A stretch of DNA of 64,000 nucleotides from contig OZ231126.1 of the NCBI GenBank assembly GCA_965153355.1, positions 33,852,001-33,916,000 on the forward strand, written 5' to 3'. This document shows positions 50,440 to 64,000 of the stretch, in pieces (position 1 is the stretch's first letter; every line of letters starts with the position of its first letter). The notes under the pieces were generated by a model. It made no database searches and was not told where the DNA came from. It worked only from the letters and a program-made list of their open reading frames with translations. This stretch comes from Flaccisagitta enflata (Eukaryota). Both the position numbers and the translations under genes were made by a program.

Positions 50440-53400
50440 ACTATTACTCCCAAAGATAGACAGACAGACAGACAGAGAGAGGGAAAAAGTGACACAGAGA
50501 AACCGAAATTAAATAATTAAAACAGACAGGCAGTCAACCAAACAGCATGAAATGCACACACAGAAAACCACAATGAAAAAAAAAAAGATTTCCCTTTACG
50601 ACTTTTTTCCGGTCGGTGATAGCCACATTTATTGGTAATAATTTCAACATACTTCCTCAGTAGTATGAATCATTAAAAAATCGTTTCTTTTTAGTCAGAC
50701 ATGAATTGATAAGATTGATTAAAAAGATCTTCTCTTATGGCATGTTGGAGAGCCCTCCCCTTCCCCCCCCCCCGTAAAATTGTCCAGCTTATCAAATGTG
50801 TGCGATGCGACTCTACATCCCACTCTGTTGATCCATTCATTGGTCCGTGGGTCCATCCGTCCGTCCATCCATCCGTTCATCTGTCCGTCCGTCACACTTT
50901 CTTTTTTTGCGGTCTTTGGCGTCACTGCTCCTGCCTGAATGGTCAAGTGACCTCAAATACGACTCCTGCCCATCTGCACGCAACTGGGGTAGCCGTGTAA
51001 CCAGCCTTGTTTTTGACCACTCTTGAGGCTCCGAATGTTACCATCAGAAGACATCAGGCTGACAGGCCCGAGGCCCGCAAAATGGCCATCAGGCCCGCCA
51101 GTATATCTAGCTGCGGGCCCGATGGCTCGCTGCAACTTTGTATGGTATCTTTTATTTTTTCATCAGAGCTTATTTGACTGATCATTGTATCATTGTATCA
51201 TTGGTCCCACTTAATATTAGAGCAACTTCTCCTATTGTTTTGCAATTACACTTACTACTACTACCATGCATCCTCCCTTCCTTCCTTCCCTCCTTCCTTC
51301 CTTCACCTCCTTCCCTTCCTTCCTCCCCTTCCCCTTCCTTCCTTATTCCTTCCTCCCTTCCTACCTCCCTGTAGTTTCCTTTCTTCCTTCCTTCCTCCAT
51401 TCTTTCCTTCCTTCCTTCCTTCCTCCCTCCCTTCCTTCTTTCTTTCTTCCTCCCTCTATTTTTACTCCTTCCTTCCTTCTTTCCTTCCTTCCTACCAATA
51501 AGGATGGATAGAAGGACCAACTGACAGAGTAATGTAAAGAGTCGCTTGCTCGCAACTAAAAAGTTACCTTGATTGTAATCTTTTTCCTATTTCTTAGATA
51601 ACAGTTTGCATAGATAGAGAAAGTAACACTAACAGCTGTGATGTAGGAGTATATACATATAGACTACTATTATCAGGAAACCTGATATAACAGCATAGCA
51701 GTTGGGCCCGCTGTTTTTCTATTGGGCCCGCAAAAATTGTGAGGAGCGGCTCCACGGGCCCGCTGAAAAAAAAAGTTACTTTTCATCAGGACGTGTTTAT
51801 AGTGACGACAATAATCCTGTTTGTTTCCTTTTAAGGCAATTTCAGCATGAACAAATATTCATAAATTTCAACGTCCCACGAGGGAGTAAGCAAAGTGAGG
51901 TTAAGAACCCGTGAATGGTGCGAGCGAACAAACGAGCGAACGTAGCGAGCGACCGAGTGGCCCTTTCAAACCGCGATTGTCACGAGTAGAAACAGGCCCT
52001 TACGTTGGCGGGAAACGCAGCGGCTTGACCGTAAGTTGGAGGAGGACTGTTGATTCCAGCCACGTTATCGTTCAACCCGGCTTCATTACTGTTCAATCCG
52101 GCCACATTGGATGGTTGCGATAGTTGCATTTTTCTATGAGAAAAGTAAAGTGTTAGGAAGGCTGGTGAGATTCAAGTTTCCCGGAAAGCATGGGCAAATG
52201 ATGAGTGGAAATCGTTTGAAAATCAGAACTAGCTATTTCCAGCCATCTTACCTGTTTTGTTTTGTTTTGTTTTGTTTTGTTTTGTTTTGTTTTGTTTTGT
52301 GTTGTGTTGTGTTGTGTTGTGTTTATTATTTGTGTTTTGTTTTGTTTTTGTTTTGTTTTGTTTTTTTTTTGTTTATTTTGTTTTGTTTTGTTTTGTTTTT
52401 GCCTTTTTCACATGGCAGGTAAAGAAAAAGAAAGGAATGGAAAAGAAATCTTGGTTTCGGCATAAGATTTGCATATAATAAAGATTAAACACAGACTTGA
52501 AAAATGGCCATAAACTCCTCCGCCTGATCGGATTTATTGATAACCCTTATCATACCAAACAATGACGAAAAAGTTCATCAGGGTACAAATTTCTTTTCTT
52601 TTTCATTCAATGATGGTTCATGGTGTTTTTAAATCGCATGTACACTTTTTAATTACATAAAGAACAATCATTGATTCATTAGCACGCCTTCAGCAAAATC
52701 AGCGTGCCCGACAGTAAAACAGAATGCCTCAGCCACGCGGGCACGCTCTGAATGAAGGCCTTGTTATATCATTGAAGTATTTCGTTCTTCTTTGGCTCAT
52801 TGATGTCATTTTTTAGATCAACGGAGACATACTTGTCAATTGAGTCCCTGAATTGTGTATAGCTGAGTCATTTCCCTCACCCTCTCAGTTTCCTTACTCT
52901 CGCTCTGCGTACCAAAAAAGGCCGGATACACGGCCAATACCAGTTGCGGACAGGTGGGCAGGGGCGGAAATGCACGTTTTCACACTTTTCGATTCGTGTT
53001 CACGGACGGACGGACGGACGGACCGACGGACGGACGAACGGACAAAGAGAAGCTCTTATAGAGTTGCGTGTCCGCGGCTAAAAGGGGCCATCATCCAGAA
53101 AGCGTCGTTTTCTCTTCTCTGTCAATCCTTCACTGCTTTTTGGTTGCGGTAACATAGCCTCTAATAAGCCTTTGTCACGTCGTCCGTCCGTCCGTCCTTT
53201 GTCCGTCCGTCCCACCATCCGTCCGTCCGTCCTCCCGTCCGTCCGTCCGTTGGTCCATCCGTCTCCGTAGAGAACGACAAAATGTCGCTTCGAAAACTAG
53301 GTTATCGCGATTAAAAAACACGCAATCAAACTCAAAATCAATATTGATCGATCGTTTTGGTTACCGCAAAATTGACAACTTGAAAACACTTGTTTTTTAA

Positions 53401-53833
53401 TCTGGTCTCCCTCGTGGAAGAAATGCAATCATTTCCAACACAAATGTGAACCCGAAAATCAGGTGGGAATCAAATGATGTACACTTATGCCCGCCACCAC
53501 GCTCATTTCCCATAGAAATAGTGCAGGAAGTATTTTGGTTTCCAAACTTACCTAGTGTCTGTAATGGAGGAGGGGCGGGGTGGAGGACATGAGTAGACTT
53601 TATTTTATCATCACCAGATGTTGAGCTAGTATTTGTGATGGAAATAATCTCACTTTTCCCACAAGGAAGACTTGATTCAGATTTGACCATTATTTTGTTC
53701 AAATACCGACCTCTGCTTGCCTGATTTAGTGCGTGCGTGTACGTGCGTGTGTGTTCTAAGGTTCATAAAAAAGTTAAACACACACTTGAATAAGCTCAGA
53801 TTCAGAATTAAGTTCAGAGTAAAGAGTAATGGG

Positions 53834-53888
<55 letters not shown>

Positions 53889-53975
53889 AAGCAAGAAGGC
53901 AAGCAGCGTAAGTGAGAGAAACAAGATTCAAGTACCAGTGTGCTGCTCTTTCTCTCTCTCTCTCTCTCTATATAT

Positions 53976-54034
<59 letters not shown>

Positions 54035-54189
54035 ATGAAAGTGTAAAAGTGATTAGTTTTGAATTAGGGTCAATTCAACAGAGACACCAGGTAATAAAGT
54101 AGAAGTTTTGACGTTTATTGTACTTTTGACACCTGCGGAGGAATCCTGTTTCCCCCTATGGTTTTCGAGATATTGGGTGTGTGTCTTGG

Positions 54190-54464
54190 GGGGCGTTTCT
54201 AGTCAAAGACGATCGCGGTTTTGAAGGGCCACTCGGTCGCTCATACGTCCGTTGGCTCCACCGCTCACTCCGCTCACTCCGCTCACTCGCTCTGCAGTGC
54301 TCGGCTTTGCTACGCTCGCTTCGCTTGCTCGCTCCGTTCACGGGCTCGCTCACTCACTTCGCTCACTCCCTCGTGGGACAGTTGAAATTCTTGAATATGT
54401 GTTCATGCTATTATCGCGTTTTATCGTAACAAACGCGTTTTTGGCGCTCACTAGAAACACCCCC
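54190..54464 (+). mobile_element. Full-length copy of the GGG...GTTTCTAGT MITE family
   Basis: GGGGCGTTTCTAGT ... ACTAGAAACACCCC termini. An inverted copy follows immediately at 54465-54726. Confidence 0.75.
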
Positions 54465-56360
54465 TAGGAACGACAAGAATCTCGATTGTTCCCATGAAAC
54501 ACAATTTCAGCGTGAACACGGACACATGAATTTCAACGGTCCCACAAGGAAGTGAACGAAGTGAGTGAGCGATCTCGTGCACGGAGCAAGCAAGCGAAGC
54601 GAGCGGAGCGGAGCAGAGCGCTGCCGCCGCTGCGTAGCGAGTGATTGGAGTGAGCGGTGCAAGCGAACAAACGTAGCGGGCGACCAAGTGGCCCTTTTGC
54701 GATTGTCATGACTAGAAACAGGCCCATTCTATAATTTTGTTTTACTTTTTGGGTAAAATGAGACAACACGGTGGGTGGCATGTCACAGATAGAAAACTTT
54801 TTGTCCACAAAGGATTTCAGTTGACTCAGTGGGCAATAATTCTTAGAGCATTCTTAATCTAAATTTGATTATTACTGATGACAAACTAAAAATATGGTTA
54901 TGGAGAGCGAGGGTAGAGATTGAAGAAAATTAGAGAATTTCTCGTATCATTAACGACCGTAAGTTGAAGTTCAACAAGGTCAGATACGCGGCCAAAAAGT
55001 AGTCGCTGGCGGGGGGGGGCAGGGGCAGTAACAGAGGTCAGAGGTGGGCAGGGGCAGTATGGGAGTAGGCGGGGCTGTAATGTGGTCGAAACGCGCTGAA
55101 AATGGCATTTTGGCTAATCTCGCGCCATCAAAACTTTCGCATTACCAACCTTCTTACAGACAACGCCTCCTAGAGAGTCGCTTAGACAGCAACTAAGAAT
55201 GAAAAAAAAATTGTTTGAATGGCTAAAAATCGTTTTTGTCATCTACTCCATAGAGTAGATATAGCTTCATGGGTGGTGCGTCGTCAAATAGACGGCACTG
55301 CTACAATTATTCCCTACATAATGTAACGCCATGCTCTAAAACTAGATTTTGCATGGTGTTACCAAGGAAACATGAAGACAAACATAATCTTTTTTTGGAC
55401 AAACTTAACCCTTCATGGAGACCTATCATCCCATGATTTATAATTCTATGAAGATAAAGAGCTTTTCGACTAATATTGAATAGCTTTAATTCATTGGTGA
55501 ATGAGGGAAATAAGGGAAAGAGAGAGAATTCAAAGGCAGAGAGACAATGAGAAAATATGGGTGAGGAAAGGCGAGAAATGGACAATGAGGATGAGGATTA
55601 ACAGATGTTTTTTTTTTGTTGTTTTTGTGTGCTCGAATCAGCCTTTGACGATGAATGGAGCGAATGGGTGACGCTGCCGATAAGTCTTAGGGCCTGTTTC
55701 TACTCGTGACAAACGCGTTTTGAAAGGGCCACTTGGTCGCTCTCTACATTATTTGCTCACTCGCTCACTCGCTCCGCGATCAACGGGTAAGATCGCGTTC
55801 GCTGTCGTCACTATAGACATGCCCTCGCGCTGTCCATATGACGCTAGAGCGACCTGTTACTTTTTCGGTGTTTTTGCGCTTCTTGAGCATACGACTCCTG
55901 CCCAGATGCCCTAGTGACCTTCTCCAAAACTGCTCCTACCCACCCGCACGCGACTAGGGTAGCCTTGTATCCCGCCTTGTTGTCTCACTTGTTCATCATC
56001 GATTTGGTCGAATGGACAATGGACGCGTTAGCCTTGTCTAGCCTTGTCTCGCCTGTCTCATTCCTATCTCTGTTCACAATAACAATTTAATAATTAAGAA
56101 GGGGGTGCAATGGACAATTAACTATTTTAACTATTATATTACTACATAGAATCAAATTTGCAAAAGATTGTATGTGCGAAGAAAACGGACAATTCAACTT
56201 TAGAAAACTAAACTGCACAAGAGATGGTTGAACACATTGAATATGGAAAATCACAGATTGTATCGTTATTGTTCAATGTACATTGTCAAAATGTACATTG
56301 TCAATCGTAATTCTTCCTATTGCGTTTACCTGCTAGTCATCCTTACTTTATTTATCTTTG

Positions 56361-56444
<84 letters not shown>

Positions 56445-56473
56445 TCATTCTTTCTTTCTTTCTTTCTTTCTTA

Positions 56474-56507
<34 letters not shown>

Positions 56508-56892
56508 CCCTTTCTTTTTACGTTGGGTCGTTGATTCTTTCATTCTTTGATACTCTGTCTGTTTGTCTGTTAGTTTGATTTTTCTTCCCTTCATTTTTTC
56601 TTTCTTTTTTTTTTGTTTTCCTTTCTTTCTTGCTTTCTTTCTCTTTTTCTCTCTTTGTTTGTTTGTTTGTTTGTTTGTTTGTTTGTTTGTTTGTTTGTTT
56701 GTTTGTTTCTTTATTTGTTTGTTTGTTTGTTTGTTTGTTTGTTTGTTTGTTTGTTTGTTTGTTTGTTTATTTCTTTCTTTCTTTCTTTCGTTCTTCCTGC
56801 CTTCCTGAATTCCCTCCTTCCTTCCTTCCTTCCTTCCTTTCTTCCTTTCTTTCTTTCTCTCCTTTCATCCCTTTGATCCTCTACCAAGTCTC

Positions 56893-57329
56893 TCAAAGCA
56901 GTTCTCCCGTGTCTCCATCTGCCAGATGTTGTCTGGCCACGTAGAACTTGACATCTCTGACTTGCACCCATCCCACGTTCTCTCCGGAATTTGGGTCCAT
57001 CCATCCGACTTTTTTCACCAGCAAAGTGAACGTTTTGAAAGTTTTGCCTATTGGGGGTTCGAACCTATGACGACGAACCTCGGCACCACTGGAAAACGCC
57101 AGACCTACCATAAAGGCAATGGGAAAGGTGGCAATGGGAAAGGTGATGGGGAAGGTGTTGGCGAGGGAGTGGGGGGGGATGGGGGAGTGGGGATTGAAGG
57201 AAGGTTGAGTAAAATGGAGAGAAAAGGGGGGAAGGAGGAAGTGGTGATTTAGTATTGTACGGTAATGCAAAGATGGAACTCCGAAGTGTCATTTTATACA
57301 ACATCAACAAATATGACAACAACAATAAT

Positions 57330-57378
<49 letters not shown>

Positions 57379-60300
57379 TCAACAACAGCAACAACAACAA
57401 CAGCAGCAGCAACTTAAAACAGCAACAGCAGCAAAAACCAGCAACAGCAACCCAGCAACAACAACAGCAACAACAACAACAGCCGCCAACAAAGGTACAA
57501 CCCTGGCAACGGCAGCAACAAGACGGACAGGAACAGGAGGAATGAAGTAGGCCAGCCAAGGGTGCGACATGCTGCTGATCGTCGAACGAATGCGTTACAG
57601 ACAGACAGCAGCCAGCGGACTGAGCCAGTTATGGGGTGCTGTCGCACCTATAAAAAGAAAAGGAAACACCAACATCAACACTGACAACAACCACAAAAAC
57701 ACCAACAAATGCAACACCAGCAACAATAACAACAACGAGAAAAAAAAATGATCAGAAACAAAAACAAAAGCAAAAACATCTTTTGACAAACCTCCATTGA
57801 TACTGAAGAGTACAACTGGATCTTCGTCGATATTTTTGCCAATTAATTGGTAGCTGGTTGGTCCATCTTGAGGCCGCCTTTTGTCAGTTTTGAACTCAAA
57901 ACCAAAAACAGTCTCGCCAGAGGGAAACGAGTACGACATTTCTTGTTCTGGTCAAAACAAAATGACACTTTTGTTTAATGATAGCTTACAAAAATAAAGA
58001 CAACCTTTTGAAGGATTGACAGTAAGAAAGTTGATTTTGCCTTAAATATGTACTTTTTTCAATCTATCCAACTCCTAACTACTGTTTACTAAAAACACAA
58101 AACACAAAACCGCAGCATATCACCAACATACATAGTAAACTGAAAATTTGAAGAGCTCCAAAGGTTTACAAAAAGTCAATTACTCATTCCGAATCAAAGA
58201 CCCTGTATAATAAATCTCAACCCCCTCTCCCCTCCCCTTGCTCCTCACCATTGTAGTCGTCGGAGTACATTTGCCAGGACACAAACTTCCTGTTTGGTCC
58301 CATGAAAGCTGCTTCTCCTTTGAAGCAGTTGCAGGGTTTGTCTTCGGCGTCACAAAGCGGAGGCTGAGGCTGCGCGTAGCTCATTTGTATATCGGAGACG
58401 ATAATGAAATGCCGACAATCATTGTCCATCGGCACCTCCGGGAAGTACAACCGAAAACAACTGTAGGCCGCTGTTTAAGTGGAGCGGGTTTAAAAAGGAG
58501 AGGTTTTTTAAAAGTTAGAATCTTTACATGTTCTATACAAGTGGGGATTACCACACGGATAAAAAAAAACCGCACTTTTGTATTGCTAATTTAATAAAAT
58601 TTAATAAAAGTCGTTGGTCGCGGATGAATGAAGGGACGTAATGACGGACAGACTCTGAGATGAGAAGTCGCTTCTTTGATAGGCTCCTTTCAAGTGATAC
58701 CCACAATCTACATTTAGTATAATTATTAATCATATTAGTTTAATAAGCGTGATTATCTACTTTGATCTTCTATGTCGAGAGTTCTGTCATCCCCAAGAAA
58801 TGTGAAATGGTCCGCGTCATCATCTTCTTTGAGAGTCTTCCATCCAATTGTACAAGTTGGTGGCATGCCAGGAAAAGCCACATTAGGGTTCACTGCTTCA
58901 AGCCTGGCGACAAAAGTGAATGGATGGTACAAATTGGAGGCTTGCCAGGAAAGGTTACATTAGGGTTCGCTGCTTCCAGCCTGGTCTCAAAAGTAAATGG
59001 ATTAGCATTGTAGTGAAAACATAATAAGACAGACCGACAGACATAGCAAGTTAAATGATCGCGTGCCCGCGAATGAAAAGATAGAAGAAAAAAAGACAAG
59101 GCCAACACCTTACAGTCGCGTGCGGTTGTTAAAAGACTGAAAGACCAAAGACTAAAAGACTAAAGACTAAGAAAGACCAAAAGACCCAAAGACCAAAAGA
59201 CCAAAACACTAAAAGACTAAATGTAATTTGTCTTGATATTACTTAAAATACCGTAAAACGACAAAAAAAACTAACGAAAGCAAAGTGTGACCGACCAACC
59301 GACCGACCGACTGACAGACAGACGGACAGAGCGGGTTGTAGAGTCGCGTGCACGCGACTAAAAACTTCTCGTCGTCTCTTATTGACCGACTGACCTGTAA
59401 TGGGTTTTGCCTCTCTTATCTCCTTTAATCTTATCCTCAAAGGAGAGTTTGCCGGTGAAATGAAATTGAGAAATTCTAATTGGTTTTTTGAACTGGATTT
59501 TGACCCATTGTGGAAGGCCGACTTCTGAGTGCCAAATGTCAAATCCTGGAGCGCCCTCGAAGGCACCGGAAGGCACCGGGAACCGCGCAAAGGCCACGCC
59601 AGGAACGCCCGCAACGGACACTGAGGGGCAAAAAGAGTTGAGGGTGGTGAGGAAGGACTGAGGATTCCTCAGTGAGGAAATGCTGATATGTAAATAGGTG
59701 GTTAGGCTGGGCTCATTTTAGACTTTGGAAAAAAAAATTTTCTGATTGCATAATTGATTTGGACTTGTTCTTGTCAGAACGTCATCAATGCTGTAGTTCT
59801 ATGGAATTGATTGCTGTAGTTTTGAAAGAAATTTCTCCCATAGCAATTCTATACAACTACAGCATTGATGACGTTCTGACTAGATCAAGTCCAAATCGAT
59901 TTTGCTTGTTGATAGGCCTCTAATTATACGTGTGGAACATAAAATTTGCTTGGAGATAATTCATAGTTGCGGACACGCAACTCTATAAGAGACTTTGTCC
60001 GTCCGTCGGTCGGTCGGTTGGTCCGTAGAGGTGATCGAGTTGAAAAGTGGGAAAACGCGCATATCCGCTCCTGCCCACCCGTCCCCAAACGGGTGGCCGT
60101 GTATCCGGCCTTGTTCTTTTGTATGCCCAGATTGAATCCAGCCAATCGGTGGTGGTGATGGAATGATTTGGGGTTGACAGCTATCTATTTTTTGTGGTGG
60201 TTGGATCTGGGGCAGCATGAGAAAGAGATAAAGATGGGACTCAAATATGATATTCAATTTTCCACTCTCAATTTCCCATTCAACAAAACCCTAGATTGAT

Positions 60301-60774
60301 CACCTGATTTGTTGACAGAGGAAAAAGTGATGGCTGTGTCAGCAAAAGGAACTCCCAAGGGTTTGTATGTTCCCGCCGCGGTACATACTCCCACCGCCAA
60401 CAATCTGTGTCATTTTGGATCAATCAAAATGACCAAACACTTTATATCACTTGTGTTCAGATTTATAGACCTATGTTTTTTTCTTTTGTTTTTGTTTTGT
60501 TCTTTTTTGAATTAGTGCTGCAGCAAAATCTTTTTGCAGTCTCTGCCAATTTTTCTGTTCTGAGACCTGAGTTTCCATAAATTATACTTTTTTTAAGATC
60601 AACTGATTTTAATTTTCACTCTTCAAATCATAGAATAAAACGAGCGGGAAATGTCCACTCAATCCACTGTGCAGGCAAAACTTTTTTATCATATGGTTTT
60701 TTATCATATGGTTGGATGAATTGAAAAAAAAGTTATATGCATACTTACGCCATGAGAATAGATGTCAACCTCAT
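56893..60774 (-). CDS. Secreted protein with two tandem F5/8 type C (discoidin/galactose-binding-like) domains; 7 exons (60774-60749, 60404-60304, 59620-59395, 58903-58761, 58470-58249, 57947-57792, 57104-56893), 361 aa
   Basis: All six introns are GT-AG with consistent phases. Signal peptide MRLTSILMALLAVGVCTA. Domain 1 reads AFEG...WHSEVGLPQWVKIQFKKPIRISQF...WKTL...AYSCFRLYF. Domain 2 reads AFMG...SWQ...FGFEF...GPTSYQLIG...FKTFTLLV...VQVRDVKFY. Confidence 0.75.
57314..57485. repeat. (CAA/CAG)n intronic trinucleotide tract
   Basis: Directly visible. It lies in the last intron of the discoidin-like gene. Confidence 0.9.
59753..59900. repeat. Intronic hairpin or small MITE with ~55-bp arms
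   Basis: GATTTGGACTTGTTCTTGTCAGAACGTCATCAATGCTGTAGTT pairs with AACTACAGCATTGATGACGTTCTGACTAGATCAAGTCCAAATC. Confidence 0.85.
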
Positions 60775-60974
60775 TTTTGACGGCGCCTTATAAACAATTA
60801 TTTTTTAATGTTGCAAATATCGTGAAAAATGGACTCTGTTGTCAAAAAGAAAACATGACTTATTCTTAAATCCACGATGCAGAGTTTGAATAACTACACG
60901 ATTATATCCAACTTGCGGTAAAAATTTCAAGACGGTGTCATGACCGCCACGGCCGTCACAGACCAAGTCGAAAA

Positions 60975-61046
<72 letters not shown>

Positions 61047-61135
61047 AAAGAAAGCAGTCTCCAAAGATCACTTACATTGTCACCGGTGCCCGATGCCCTG
61101 CTTGGAGTGATCAGCTGAAGAAGTGGAGTGAGAGC

Positions 61136-61701
61136 AGGGCAGCGTCCCCAAAGGGCCGATGTCCTGTAGGACACGGGTGAATTTCCAGATATCCTGAGAA
61201 GGCACATTAAAGGGCTGATTTGATCAATTGAAGCACAGTAATGAGGCATGTAGGGGCTGATTTGGGGGGTCCAAGGGCTTAAACATGATCAGGGATGAGG
61301 GAAGATTAGAGACTTAAGAGGGTTATTTTGAGGGTTAAATTGAGAGATTAGATTTTAGGTGTGAGAGGGCTGATTTTAGGCCTGAAATGCTTGATTTTTA
61401 GCCTGACAAGGCTGATTTAGGGCCTCAGAGAGCTAATTTTGGGTCTGAGAGGGCTGATACTGGGTCTAAGAGGGCTGATTTTGGGTCTGAGAGGGCTGAG
61501 TTTTGGGCCTGAGTGTACTGATATAGGGCCTGAGAGGGCTGATTTGGGGCTTGAGAGGGCTGATTTGGGGCTTGAGAGGGCTGATTTGGGGCCTGAGAGA
61601 GGCCTCAGGGGGGGGGGGAATGAACGGATGTACAGACAGACGGACGTCTGAAAATTCACCCCTGTGTCCTACAAGACATCGTCCCTTTGGGGCCGCTGCC
61701 C
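61136..61701. mobile_element. Non-autonomous element with ~45-bp inverted repeats enclosing a ~21-bp minisatellite
   Basis: GGGCAGCGTCCCCAAAGGGCCGATGTCCTGTAGGACAC ... GTGTCCTACAAGACATCGTCCCTTTGGGGCCGCTGCCC, with internal (GAGAGGGCTGATTTTGGGCCT)n. A related decayed array lies in reverse at ~14290-14580. Confidence 0.7.
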
Positions 61702-61904
61702 AAAAAGCAAGACGGAAAGAGAGAAAGAAAGAGAGAATGAAAGTGACAAAGAATCTGAAGTCCCGAACATTTTCATTCCCCACAGGAGGGTGCACTTTAA
61801 TTTCCCTCCGTGGGGAATCACAAAAGTGATATTAGCGAAAAATGTGACTTACAGAAACATCACTGAAATGAATTTAGGTAATTAAAAGGATGTGAAAAAA
61901 AAAG

Positions 61905-61960
<56 letters not shown>

Positions 61961-62092
61961 CAGGGCAAGGAGACAGGACAGACAGACAGACAGTGGAGCC
62001 CAAGTCAGACTTGGAAAAAGCTGAAAGGAAGAATGGAGGAAGGAAGGAAAGAAAGAAGGAAAGAAAGAAAGAAAGGAAGAAAGAAAGAAAAA

Positions 62093-62167
<75 letters not shown>

Positions 62168-62189
62168 GGAGAAAGAGAGAACAAGAAAG

Positions 62190-62262
<73 letters not shown>

Positions 62263-63956
62263 AAAAAGAAAACATTAGCGAGACCGACCAACCAACAAAT
62301 AGGCACGACGCAATATAAAGGTGCTTTGGCGCACCTTACAAAGAAGTACGTAGTAATTAAAGTGCGAGAGAAACAAGGCCAGGTAGGCCAATGATGCGTC
62401 CTCTTTAAATGAATGAAAGTTTCTATTGAATGAATGTTTTTTTCATGAATGAATGTCATTTATGAATGAATAAATGATTTATTCAATTAATTAGTAGATT
62501 TATGCTTCTTCTACTGGGTCAGGACCACTTTTCTGTTGAAAAAATGCATAAATTCGATGTTCCTAATGAATGCGTTACCCGACCGACCGACGGACAGAGC
62601 CTATTATAGAGATGCGAGGACGCATCTAAAAACTAACGTGACACAAGAACAGACGAAGAGACAGAGACAGAGACAGAGACAGCGACGCATACAGAATTAG
62701 AAAGGGGAAAAGTAGAAAAGGAGAGAATTACTGACAAGACACACCAAATGCTTTTTTTTGCAATCTTGATGTTTTTTTTCCTCTCAAGAGCCGGTAAATA
62801 TTCATAACGATAAATTGAATAATTACTCGTAATTGATGTATGTATTGTAATATGAAAACCCATTACTATCTAGGAAATATGTTTGGAAACACCTTTAAAG
62901 AGAGATATCTTGACTTCCCGTTCAGATAAGTAAACAAAATTTATAAGCACATTAATCTGCATAAAAAAATCTACAATCTGAGCGCAATCTCATCTCTGTG
63001 CATCAAACCGTTCAGAAATGCCATGAGTTTGAAGTTGATCAAGTGCTTTCAAAAATGTTAAAAAAAACAAGAATTTCTTTTTCCTCCTACCCTTCCATCT
63101 TTGAAACGCTCTCAAATTTTACCAGAAAATGATTGAAACATGCGGATTTTACCACTGGTTAGCTCTTGAGCTCTATTTTTATAATCTCATGAATTTTTAG
63201 TTCAATTTTAAAAGGGAAGTACCCCAATTTTGCAGCTAAAATGACCAAAATCTACTATTTATACCACAACCATCTCTTAGTTGTGATAAACAAACCAAGC
63301 TCGTGGTCCCTAAGTTGGATTGAAGATTGTTATTTGCTTTTGTTTTAGTTAGTAAAAATATAAAAATAACCAAAAACAATCAGATACATGAGTTTTAAGC
63401 ATATGAGGGGGCAAACATACCATCAACCCTAAGTGTTTCCAAACTTTTTTCCTAGATAGTAAATGGTAGTAATTCTTGAGAAAGAGCGACCACCATGAAT
63501 CAGGTCTTTAACGTGAACTGCAAATTTGAAGGCATGTCTCTAGTGACGGCAAAAACGCGATCATTCCCGCAAAACGCGTTTTCAGTGTGAACACATATTC
63601 ATGAATTTCTATTGTCCTACGAGGGAGTGAGCAAAGTGACTGAGCCCATGAAAGAAGCGAGCGAGCAAAATTAGGGTAGCGAAATAGAGTGTAGTAGAAC
63701 AAGTGGAAAGTGCAAGGGAACGAACGTTGCGAGCGACCGAGTGAAGCATTCAAAACGCGATTGTCGCGAGTAGAAACAAACCCTGAAGCAGAGGACACTA
63801 AAATCTTCGTAACTCAAGGAATTCATACTTGTTTTGGTAGGTCACATAGAATTCAAAAGTGACAACATTTAGCGGAAAACACAAAGAGTTTAAATGTGAC
63901 ATTCAGGTGACCTTTTCTCTATACTCACTATTTTGTCATATCAACTTTATTTTTAG

Positions 63957-64000
<44 letters not shown>

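Noticed and set aside
53397-53702. Possible coding exon on the minus strand
   Set aside because: There is no recognisable domain and I could not link it in frame to neighbouring exons.
57255-57545. Poly-Asn/Gln prion-like ORF
   Set aside because: It is a (CAA)n microsatellite antisense within an intron of the discoidin-like gene.

Overview
This is eukaryotic (probably invertebrate animal) genomic DNA, dense in microsatellites, MITEs and Helentron-type non-autonomous repeats. From about 17.3 to 39.6 kb there is an island almost free of those repeats, with all genes on the minus strand. It reads as a giant, gene-carrying CMC/EnSpm (CACTA-type) DNA transposon. It holds a disrupted DDE transposase with N-terminal C2H2 fingers and a multi-exon EnSpm ORF2-like accessory gene. 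Its cargo is three paralogous 3-exon TRIM37-like RING(C4C4)+B-box mini-genes, an intronless degenerate dUTPase and a small basic/acidic ORF. One RING gene and the basic/acidic ORF sit in a nested 3.1-kb cassette bounded by ~115-bp inverted repeats. An inverted partial copy of the transposase lies just upstream of the transposase. I could not identify the outer termini. Outside the island I assembled two spliced host genes by hand: a CD225/dispanin-like membrane protein (41411-48711, minus) and a secreted protein with two F5/8 type C-like domains (56893-60774, minus). Family assignments come from motif recognition only; no searches were run.
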